Shown here one piece after another: positions 1-9,059 of a stretch of DNA of 64,000 nucleotides. The notes beneath the pieces were generated by a model. That model searched no databases. It saw only the letters and a program-made list of their open reading frames with translations, and was not told the origin of the DNA. Both the position numbers and the translations under genes were made by a program. The stretch's first letter is position 1, and every line of letters starts with the position of its first letter. The DNA is from Candidatus Cloacimonadales bacterium (GTDB lineage Bacteria; Cloacimonadota; Cloacimonadia; Cloacimonadales; DAONDQ01): assembly GCA_963662275.1 (NCBI GenBank), contig OY759316.1, positions 1,440,001-1,504,000 on the forward strand, read 5' to 3'.

Positions 1-21
1 CTATTTTCGTAAAGTCTGGTT

Positions 22-2160
22 TCATAACGCCACCCCCACTTTCTTCAAAACACGTGACAGAGTATCCACCACATCAGCACGAATATGAATGAATTCATCG
101 ATACCCTGCGATTTGTAGGTTTCCACCATGTCTGTCGGATAACCAGCAAGAATGAGGCAGATATCCGATTTTGCTTTTCGAAGGAGCAGATCTATATGCG
201 GAACAAGTTCCGGGTACATATCATCAGTAGCACAAATACAGACTGCTTCTGCACCTGATTCCAGGGCTGCTTTTACCGCATCTTCTACAGTCGCGAATCC
301 CAACTCTTCAATGACTTTGAATCCGGCAGCAGAGAAGAATCCCTGGGCAAATTCAGCTCGAGCTTTATATTGGGCGATCGTTCCCATCGTTGCCAGGAAG
401 ACAGCCGGACGCTTCCCTGCTGTATAAATATGACGTTCCACTGCAAGACGCATTGTTTCGTAAGGTTTGGAAAGCCTCGTAGGGGCGCATGGCAATACGC
501 CCATCTGCTCTGCTTTATTTTCCATATTTTCGGGCGTATTGTCATGCGCCCCTACGCAATCATTCATGGGCGTACTTCCGCACGCCCCTACTAATATATC
601 TTCATACGGATTGGCAAACATATTGGTACCCACAATCACATCCTTGCGGCTGCGAATATTTTTCTCACGCAGGGCAGCAATGGCTTTTATCTTATCATCT
701 ATAAAATCATGTGCTTTACTCATTCCGCCTTTGCCTTCAATCTCCTGGAACAAAGCCCAGGCTTTTTCTGCGAGCTGGTTTGTCAGTGATTCAATGTACC
801 AAGAACCACCGGCAGGATCTACAAGTGCATCGAGGTGAGTTTCTTCTTTTAAGATCAATTGCTGATTCCGGGCTATATGACGGGAGAATTCATCTCCTTC
901 CCGAATCACAGAATCGAAGGCATCCACATGCAGGCTGTCTGTTCCGCCGAGAATGGCAGCAAACGCTTCAGTTGTAGAACGCAGGATATTTACATACGGA
1001 TCGAAAATTGTTTTATTATATTGTGAAGTTTTTGTATGCATCGTTATCTTCTGGGAATCGGTATGTCCGCCATAAGCTTTGACGATATTTGCCCACAAAT
1101 AGCGTGCAGCACGCAGCTTGGCAATTTCCATAAAGAAATTCGAGCCTATGCAAAACTCAAAGCGGATACGTGACGCAATATCATCTATCTTCATACCTCC
1201 ATCACCCAGGAGAGATATATGATGGTTACTCAATTCTTCAATCTTCTCTACGGCAATTGCAAAAGCTACCGCAAGTTCTTCCACAGCACTGGCACCACGA
1301 TTATGATAAACAGATGTATCCACGGAAATTGCATCCATCTTAGGGGCATGCTTCTTCATCCAATGCACGAACTGTAGCTTCGCTTGTAGCTCCGCCTTAA
1401 GACGGTTGTCTTTCTGCTCTGCCCTGTCATCTGACACCTGACACCCGACACCTGTGATGCTCCCTTCCACATCGTGAAGATTGATTCCATGCTTCTTGCA
1501 CCAATCCTGCAGCAACTCCGCAATCTTCAGCGGAACGCCATCGACCTTGAAATCGATCGCCACTGCTCTCAGGTCAATCCCCTCCAGCAATGCTTCCATA
1601 TCTTCTATCGTATTTAGTTGTAGCACTGCCTTCAGGCGGTTACCCTCTGCTCTGCTCTGCTCTGAAGCTCCCCCCTTGGGAAGTGAATTGTCTGCTCCCC
1701 CCTTGGGAAGGGGGGTAGGGGGGTCTATCTGCTCTGCCATTCTTAATTCTTCATTCTTAATTCTTAATTGCTCAGCAGCAGCAACTCTCACCGATACTCG
1801 ATCTAGCCCCCGCATCAATTCCTTTTTCAACACAGCATTCACTTGCTTTGGGTCGCTGCTGCTGGGAGCCTGCTGCGCTACGTCCCACGCTTTCACCACA
1901 TAACCTAAGGGATCCGTACCGCGAATGAATGAGTCAAAACCGGGCATGGAATCAGTATGTGGTAGATCGGCTGCATCTTCTTCCCGATAGATCGGCTGCA
2001 GATTGATGCCTTCATAAGTCGGAGTGATCATGGCTTTCTCAAATGGTACACCTTTCAATTGCGATTCAACAACTTTACGCCATTCTTCGTAGGAGGGAGG
2101 TGTAAAATCATCAGACAGCCGTAGCGGTTTTAAACCGGGCTGGTCAGTCGAATTTGACAT
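22..2160 (-). CDS. mutA: Methylmalonyl-CoA mutase small (beta) subunit with repeat-derived insertions
   Basis: Motifs FFMEIAKLRAAR, DPYVNILRSTTE, DPAGGSWYIE and a C-terminal B12-binding-like domain lacking DxHxxG; ATG at 2160 follows an AGGAG RBS. Confidence 0.9.
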   Translation of the reverse strand: MSNSTDQPGLKPLRLSDDFTPPSYEEWRKVVESQLKGVPFEKAMITPTYEGINLQPIYREEDAADLPHTDSMPGFDSFIRGTDPLGYVVKAWDVAQQAPSSSDPKQVNAVLKKELMRGLDRVSVRVAAAEQLRIKNEELRMAEQIDPPTPLPKGGADNSLPKGGASEQSRAEGNRLKAVLQLNTIEDMEALLEGIDLRAVAIDFKVDGVPLKIAELLQDWCKKHGINLHDVEGSITGVGCQVSDDRAEQKDNRLKAELQAKLQFVHWMKKHAPKMDAISVDTSVYHNRGASAVEELAVAFAIAVEKIEELSNHHISLLGDGGMKIDDIASRIRFEFCIGSNFFMEIAKLRAARYLWANIVKAYGGHTDSQKITMHTKTSQYNKTIFDPYVNILRSTTEAFAAILGGTDSLHVDAFDSVIREGDEFSRHIARNQQLILKEETHLDALVDPAGGSWYIESLTNQLAEKAWALFQEIEGKGGMSKAHDFIDDKIKAIAALREKNIRSRKDVIVGTNMFANPYEDILVGACGSTPMNDCVGAHDNTPENMENKAEQMGVLPCAPTRLSKPYETMRLAVERHIYTAGKRPAVFLATMGTIAQYKARAEFAQGFFSAAGFKVIEELGFATVEDAVKAALESGAEAVCICATDDMYPELVPHIDLLLRKAKSDICLILAGYPTDMVETYKSQGIDEFIHIRADVVDTLSRVLKKVGVAL

Positions 2161-2418
2161 ATCAATATCTCCTGGAGTTTTTTGGGTAAACTTGATATGC
2201 CTGTTGATTGATGTCAATAATAAAACGGAACGCCGATTTCTTATCGGCGTGCGAGGTGAATTCTTTTCGCTTCTCTTCTCCGAAACGATAAGATATAAAC
2301 TTATTCTAAATCGATGTAAGTCTAGAATCTTGAGTACTATTTGCGAAAATAATGCAAATATCTTGACAAAAATACGGAAACGCATATCTTTTATATGTAT
2401 GTATTCATGGAGGTCAAC

Positions 2419-3690
2419 ATGCTTTTAGAATTCAGAGTTTCTAATTTCCGTTCCTTTTCAGAGGAAGTAGTATTCAGTATGGTTGCTGGTCCTTATAATG
2501 AACTGCCTGATAACACTTTTACAGTAGGGAAATTCACATTATTAAAAACGGCAGCTATCTATGGTGCTAATGCAAGCGGGAAAACAAATCTCATAAAAGC
2601 ATGGAGTTTCTTTAGAGAATTTGTGAAAGAATCTCATAAGGAAATGGATACTCCAAATAGGCAACCTTTTGCTTATAATTCAGAACCCTCAACTATTCCA
2701 ACAACTATGGAAGCAACTCTGCGAATAGATGGGGTTCGATATTGTTATGGCTTTTCATTAGATGATGAAGGAGTCTTAGAAGAACATCTGTTTTCTTATC
2801 CCGTTGGAGTTAAACGAACTCTCATAAAACGCGACAGAAATACACAAATAAAGACATGGATCAATCAGATTGAATTCAAAGAAGGACGTGGCATCGAGTC
2901 CAAAGTACGGGACAAAGCACTATTTCTTTCTGTAACTGCGCAATTCAATGGAGCCATTGCAACAAATGTAATAAAGGGAATTTTAAATGCTATAACTTTG
3001 TACCCTAGCGCAAGTATTACTTCATTATCACTCTCTGTATTTAAACCGGAAAGAATCGATCATGAAAAAACCAGAGAATTTTTAAAATTAGCTGATTCAG
3101 GCATTGATAACTTCAAGTATGATAAGATTGTAGTAAATGATGAACAAAAGTCATCTCGTAGTATGTCATTTAGAGTAAGGGGAAAAGCAGATGGATCGAC
3201 TGAACTCACACAAGAAACTGTAAGCACATATCATAAAAATAATAATGATGAATCAGTAATATTCTCCATGGATGATAATGAGTCAAGAGGAACACAGCGT
3301 ATTTTTGTGCTCTCCTCTCCGATTATTGACGCTTTAAAAGAAGGTTCCGTATTATTCATAGATGAGATAGAAAGTAGTCTGCATCCCTTATTGGCTCAAA
3401 CACTGGTCCAGATGTTTAATTCACCGGTTACAAATCCCAATAACGCACAACTTATATTCACAACACATGATACAAATTTATTGAACCCTGAGCTAATGAG
3501 AAGAGATCAGATCTGGTTTACTGAAAAATCGGAGCATAATAGCACTGACCTGTATTCTTTGTTAGAATTTAAGGGAGTCAGGAAAGAGGCATTCAGCGAT
3601 AAGAAGTATTTAGGAGGTAAGTATGGCGGAATTCCATTCTTATCCATTCATACCTTGGATAAATTTACATCCTCTAAGGTTAGTGAATAA
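2419..3690 (+). CDS. AAA_21 ATPase (RloA/AbiLi-like)
   Basis: N-terminal MLLEFRVSNFRSF, Walker A GANASGKT, ESRGT signature, Walker B FIDEIESSLHP, FTTHD; GGAGG RBS. Confidence 0.88.
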   Translation: MLLEFRVSNFRSFSEEVVFSMVAGPYNELPDNTFTVGKFTLLKTAAIYGANASGKTNLIKAWSFFREFVKESHKEMDTPNRQPFAYNSEPSTIPTTMEATLRIDGVRYCYGFSLDDEGVLEEHLFSYPVGVKRTLIKRDRNTQIKTWINQIEFKEGRGIESKVRDKALFLSVTAQFNGAIATNVIKGILNAITLYPSASITSLSLSVFKPERIDHEKTREFLKLADSGIDNFKYDKIVVNDEQKSSRSMSFRVRGKADGSTELTQETVSTYHKNNNDESVIFSMDDNESRGTQRIFVLSSPIIDALKEGSVLFIDEIESSLHPLLAQTLVQMFNSPVTNPNNAQLIFTTHDTNLLNPELMRRDQIWFTEKSEHNSTDLYSLLEFKGVRKEAFSDKKYLGGKYGGIPFLSIHTLDKFTSSKVSE

Positions 3691-4307
3691 TGAAAAGGCA
3701 ATTGGGAGGGCTGAAACGGAAAACGGAGAGCCGTTATTTTAGGAAGAAAATACTGATTATTTGTTGCGGAGTGCAAACAGAGCCAAATTACTTCAGAGGC
3801 TTTCCTATTCCTCCAGAATATAACGTTGTTATTAACTCTGATGCTGTCGATTCTCTAAATATGGCTAAGAATGCAATTCAAATTATGAAAACGGAAATGA
3901 AGCGATCTTTTGCTTTTACCGAATGTTGGGTAGTATTCGATAAAGATAGCTTTCTGAATGATAATTTCGATAATGCTATCTGGATCATTGAAAAGAATAA
4001 ACTTCATGTTGCATACTCAAACCAGTGCTTTGAATTATGGTACCTTTTACATTTTGAGTTGTTACAATCTAGCCTGAATCGTTCAGATTATTGGACAAAA
4101 GTTACTACATACTTAGGAACAGTGAAATACCAGAAGAATTCTACAGATATGTATGATAGGTTGAAAGACAATCAGGAATATGCAATCAAAAATGCTGAAA
4201 AACTGTTAGAACAACATGAAGGAAAAACCTGTGCTAAAGCCGATCCTTCAACAACTGTGCATTTGCTTGTTCAGCGTTTGAATACGTTGTGGAAGGCACA
4301 AGTATAA
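3690..4307 (+). CDS. RloB family protein (AbiLii-like Toprim)
   Basis: TEPNYF, WVVFDKD, SNQCFELWYLLHF, PSTTVHLLV; start overlaps the ATPase stop (TAATG). Confidence 0.88.
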   Translation: MKRQLGGLKRKTESRYFRKKILIICCGVQTEPNYFRGFPIPPEYNVVINSDAVDSLNMAKNAIQIMKTEMKRSFAFTECWVVFDKDSFLNDNFDNAIWIIEKNKLHVAYSNQCFELWYLLHFELLQSSLNRSDYWTKVTTYLGTVKYQKNSTDMYDRLKDNQEYAIKNAEKLLEQHEGKTCAKADPSTTVHLLVQRLNTLWKAQV

Positions 4308-4310
4308 AAT

Positions 4311-5326
4311 ATGAAACAGATATCATCTAAAAAAAAGCATATAGATAGTAAAAATGAATCTCAATTATTTAGTACCCAGACACATCAATTAGTCAGGAAA
4401 ATTAGAGATTTGATTAATGAGGGTTGGAAGTCAAACCAATATCTATATGAAAATAGGAATATTTCTGGTTGGCACATGCTTTGTAGTGCTATGGATACAA
4501 TTGAAGATACAGATTTAGCTCAGAAAGCTTATCTCTCCTTAATAAATGAAGATAAATCAATTGGCGAAAAGTATCTTATATATATGGAATATTTCAAGTG
4601 CTATATAATCAATCAAACGCAATCAAGTCACTAACAATTTCTTTAGGATATTGTTATATCCTTAATGATTCAATGAAGAAAATTCGTGATATGAGATCTC
4701 TTATAATTGGACATCCGACAGATACCACAATTAGAGAGACAAAGCAGAAGTGTTCTAACGTCATTAATCGTTGGGATATGCAACTTGCAAAATTTCAACT
4801 TATTAAACGAACTTCAAACAAAGCTGGCTCTCAATATGAAAATATTGAGATGTTCAATTTGATACAGCAGCATAATAGCATAATTAATACTTATTTAAAA
4901 GATCTAATAAGACAAATTGAGGACGAAAGAATGAATGAAGCAAAAGAATATCTGAAAGAACGTCTCTCTCAATTTTTTCCAGACGATATAGATTATGGTT
5001 GTGGAGTTATATTTACTGCGATCCATGAACGAAGGGATTTCGCACGGGAACCTTTTGATCTTATAGAATTTAAAACATGTATAATCAAATTGCAAGAATC
5101 CTTGAAAAGGAAAAAGATGTTCAGTTCAGATTGGACAGAGGATACAAACAGGATAATTTATGCTCTTGACGAATTGATTAAGTACTTTTCTAATCCATTG
5201 AACCAAGGAAAAAACAAAGATTATGCACATATTTTTGCATACTTTATTCAAGCAGAAATGAATAGTTTAAAAGAAACTGCATATGATATCGATGAAGAAA
5301 ATGAAGAAATGGCAGAATCGAAATAA
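4311..5326 (+). pseudogene. Hypothetical protein split by a frameshift in a TA run
   Basis: ORFs 4311-4634 and 4598-5326 join as YLIYGIFQVLYNQ if one TA unit is removed at 4577-4585. Confidence 0.65.
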
Positions 5327-6040
5327 GAAAGGACCAATCCTACAAATCTGCAAAACTTTTTAAATTCTATCATGAATATTAACACCTCCTGAATTATAAC
5401 CTGTAATTCAGCACCCAGTTTCTATTAACTCAAATTCCTTGTGGACCATTCAGAATGGAAGATATAAGAATGTAGATTTTAAGAACCTAAAAAATCGCCT
5501 CGACACTCTTCCCACATCTTCCAACCATATCTCATCTCATTCCTCATCCAGCACGTATATTCCACCCATAAATCACAATGGAAACTAAAAACTAGTAACT
5601 AAAAACTACAAGTTGCAGAGAAGAGCTTGAGGAATTACAAAAGAATTAAAAATTAAAAATTGCAGAGCAGGTTTCATAATGTAAGATGTTATATGGAAAA
5701 TGTGAGATTGAAGATGTAGCAGTTTGAAAACGTACAAAAACCAATAGGAGATTAACAGCTTTTCGACTTCATGTGATCTGTATTAGACCAGTATCGGAAC
5801 ACCCTGCGAAATCTCCTACCTGTATCTTGGACGAAAAAGGGTATGAATACTATATCATTACGGTACGAATACGGTTTTTTACCGTAATGCTACCGTAATG
5901 CTACCGTATTGGTACCGTAATGCTCTTGCAGAATTTAAGAGTGAATATTGAAGATTGAAGATTGGCGGAGCAGATTTGAAGAATGGAAGATGAAAAGCAG
6001 ATGAATCCCCGACTAGGTCGGGAATGACATGATTATTAGT

Positions 6041-6781
6041 TTATTTTACTACAAATTCAAGGATTCTTCCAGTTTCAAAAGAGCCATAATGGCGGAATTC
6101 TACAGGTTTATCCCCTTTTTTAATCGTGACTTTCTTTCCACTCATCAAATCTGATATCTTAGCTGTTTTATTCGTGGAATCCCAGACCGCAACGACATCT
6201 TCGACTTTTATGTCGATTTTGAGGTTTGTGGAAAGACTTTCACCATTGACTGCTGTAATAGGGAGCTTTTCAGCGGATAGATCAAGAGGATACGTATATC
6301 TTTCTCTAACCCATAACTTGGTCACAGCATCCGGCTGATCAATATTGATTGTATATATGTGTTCGTATCTCGATTTAACCTGCTGATCAGTTGTAAAATC
6401 ACCCAAGGGGCTAACTGTAGCATTGTATGGTTCACGGTAGACAGACAAACCCAGTTTCGGAGTTTTCGAAATGAGATAAATTGAATAATACTTACTTTTC
6501 TTTTTTTCCATTGCTGCTAATACCTTCCAGGCACTTACACCCTTAAGCTTTTTATTCTCCAAATTTGCCAAAGTTATCTTCTGAGAATCAGTTATTTCGG
6601 TTATTGAGTCTGTGATTCCGAATACTTTAGCATTGGCTGTTTTGATTGCTTGTACCATTTCCACACTTGAAGATTTATTCTTACAACCGGATATTGATAA
6701 AAGTAAGATGATAAATAAGGCAATTAGTAGTACGTGCAGGAATATTGTGTGTTTGTGACAAGTATCAGAAAACATATTCAT
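6041..6781 (-). CDS. Hypothetical lipoprotein
   Basis: Hydrophobic signal ending ISGC (lipobox); GGAG RBS. Confidence 0.7.
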   Translation of the reverse strand: MNMFSDTCHKHTIFLHVLLIALFIILLLSISGCKNKSSSVEMVQAIKTANAKVFGITDSITEITDSQKITLANLENKKLKGVSAWKVLAAMEKKKSKYYSIYLISKTPKLGLSVYREPYNATVSPLGDFTTDQQVKSRYEHIYTINIDQPDAVTKLWVRERYTYPLDLSAEKLPITAVNGESLSTNLKIDIKVEDVVAVWDSTNKTAKISDLMSGKKVTIKKGDKPVEFRHYGSFETGRILEFVVK

Positions 6782-6922
6782 AATTATCTCCAACCCTAAT
6801 TGAATATGTCATTTGTTATTTGTCAAGGGGATTGCAGAAGTGAATAGCGAAAAGGGAGTAGGGAATAGCCCAGAATGAGGTTTGTGGAGATGATTTGTTA
6901 ATTTTTAACACTTGGTGTGATA

Positions 6923-7034
6923 GATGATAGCCCATAGAGTAAGCTATGGGACTTTTAAACATTTGTGCCAGATGATAGCCCATAGCGTAAGCTATGGGGA
7001 AACGTTGAATGGGAAATGTTGATTAAGAGGTGTC
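6923..7034 (-). repeat. REP palindromes (CCCATAGC-GTAA-GCTATGGG family), left arm of the RAYT-associated cluster
   Basis: Hairpins at 6931-6950 and 6979-6998; flanks similar to 11700-11780. Confidence 0.85.
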
Positions 7035-8927
7035 GGAGATGTCCCGAAACTAAATGATAGAAAAATAGCAACTATTAAATATTAATCATATTACTTGACA
7101 TATTGTTATAGGGTGTATTGTTGCCTTTAAAAACTAAGCATAGAGAGAATTATGAATTTCAGAGAGCACAATCCGAATCAGGGGACACTCTATGGACTTA
7201 ATATTGAAGAGAGAATACCTCCCCAGCACATGGTTCGTTATGTTAACGATGTCGTTGAGCAACTGGACTTATCTGAGCTATATACAAGATACTCTGATGA
7301 AGGTACACCTGCTTATCATCCCAAGATGATGTTGAAGATCATTGTATACGCCTATATCAATGGTATTTATACCTGTCGGAAGATAGCTAAGGCTGTTCGG
7401 GAGAACATCAATTTTATCTGGCTGGCAGGAGAACAGGAACCTGATTTCAGAACGATCAACACCTTTGCCTGGACTAAGTGTTCTGATATTCTTATTGATG
7501 TATTTTATCAGGTAGTACTGAAAGCATCATCATTAGGATATCTTGATCTCGACACCTGTTTTGTTGACGGGACGACGATTCACGCAAATGCCGGCAAGAA
7601 TTCCTACATCTGGAAAAGCAATGCGCTTCGTTATCAGGAACTGGTCAAGACACGAGTTGAGGGATTGTTTAAAAAGATCGAGGAATATAATCAGGAAGAG
7701 CAACAGCAATATGGAACCGCTGATCTTCTTGAGCTTGGTGAGCAATTGCATGCGGTTGAATCAGAGAAAACTGCTACAGTCGCATCTGAACAGATCAGAG
7801 ATAGACTGGTCTCAGCAGAAAACAAGCTGAAAGAAGCAATGTCCCGACTACAGAAAAATCATCCGTCAGATACTCGGGCTATCAAGAAAATCAAATCTCT
7901 TTTGCGCGAAATCTCCAAATCAAAGAGCAATGATATAACTAAGCTGGAGAAATATGAGCAACAGCTTGAGATAATTGGAGAAGGACGCAGCAGCACATCC
8001 AAGACTGATAATGATGCCACATTTATGCGATTGAAAAATGGACAGCTGGCACCGGGTTATGTTGCCAGTATCGGAACTTCAGAGCAATTTGTCACAGGCA
8101 TTCACTTATTCAATATCCCTAAAGAAACCGTTGAATTTCCCAATCTCATGGAGCAAATGCATGATGAATTGGGACAATATCCTACCGACGTTGTTGGAGA
8201 TGCTGCCTATGGCACTGCGCTGAATTTGAATTATGCTGCTGAAAAAGAGATAACAAGCTATCTCAAGACCCAGGATTATAAGAGAGATTATCGGGACTCT
8301 CTTCTGACAGGCTTCAGCTATGATGAGGAGCATGATGAGTGGGTCTGTCAATTTAATCGGAGACTGGTCAAAATCAAGGAAGAAGAGACAGAGAAGAACG
8401 GTCCGAAACGAATCGTGAAAACCTATATATGTAATGACTGCAGAGAATGTCCTCACAATAAAAAGTGTATTCCCTACAAGGATAAAACACATAAATCACT
8501 GACCTACGATCCTCATATAGCTCCACTAAAACGTCAGACCGTCAATAATCTGCTTTCTGAAAAAGGCGACAAGCTGAGAAAGCAAAGAGGCATCGAACCG
8601 GAGGCTGTATTTGCTTTCATGAAGTGGAACAGGAAGTTTGAGAGATTTACTGTCCGTTCATTGAGAAAATGCAAGGAACAGTTATCCCTCCTCTTTTTAG
8701 GACATAATATAGGGAAAATGTTTCTGCACTTACAAAATACTGAAGGAAAAGCCTGATGAAGACTCTTCCTACCAGAATTCAAACATGAATTAGGTAAATA
8801 TTACTCCGTTTTTCCTTGTCTTTGCATCGCTTTTCGGAAACTATTGAGTAATTTAGTTTGCCTGTAAAAACAATCACATATTTTACAACAGAAGAAAATA
8901 AAATCATGCTAGTTTCGGGACATCTCC
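7035..8927 (+). mobile_element. IS1182-family insertion sequence, copy 1 (1893 bp)
   Basis: Terminal inverted repeats GGAGATGTCCCGAAACTA at 7035-7052 and 8910-8927; near-identical inverted copy at 40750-42642. Confidence 0.92.
7152..8756 (+). CDS. IS1182-family DDE transposase
   Basis: AYHPKMMLK, PDFRTI, VDGTTIHANA, TDNDATFM, GDAAYG, CxxC..C, EPEAVF. Confidence 0.92.
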   Translation: MNFREHNPNQGTLYGLNIEERIPPQHMVRYVNDVVEQLDLSELYTRYSDEGTPAYHPKMMLKIIVYAYINGIYTCRKIAKAVRENINFIWLAGEQEPDFRTINTFAWTKCSDILIDVFYQVVLKASSLGYLDLDTCFVDGTTIHANAGKNSYIWKSNALRYQELVKTRVEGLFKKIEEYNQEEQQQYGTADLLELGEQLHAVESEKTATVASEQIRDRLVSAENKLKEAMSRLQKNHPSDTRAIKKIKSLLREISKSKSNDITKLEKYEQQLEIIGEGRSSTSKTDNDATFMRLKNGQLAPGYVASIGTSEQFVTGIHLFNIPKETVEFPNLMEQMHDELGQYPTDVVGDAAYGTALNLNYAAEKEITSYLKTQDYKRDYRDSLLTGFSYDEEHDEWVCQFNRRLVKIKEEETEKNGPKRIVKTYICNDCRECPHNKKCIPYKDKTHKSLTYDPHIAPLKRQTVNNLLSEKGDKLRKQRGIEPEAVFAFMKWNRKFERFTVRSLRKCKEQLSLLFLGHNIGKMFLHLQNTEGKA

Positions 8928-8963
8928 TTATATTGTTTTCGATTCAATTGATCCCCCCATCCA

Positions 8964-9059
8964 CCCATAATTTACATTATGGGCTATCATCTTGCATCTG
9001 TGCGGATTTGGACGGTATTGTTCATTCATTGATCCACCCATAGCTGACGCTATGGGCTA
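8964..9059 (+). repeat. REP palindromes (variant CCCATAATTTACATTATGGG and the intron-invaded CCCATAGCTGACGCTATGGG)
   Basis: Hairpins at 8964-8983 and 9037-9056; region matches 11790-11925. Confidence 0.85.

Noticed and set aside
2161..2385. N-terminal extension of mutA in the ORF track
   Set aside because: RBS and family similarity begin at ATG 2160; this stretch is the divergent promoter region
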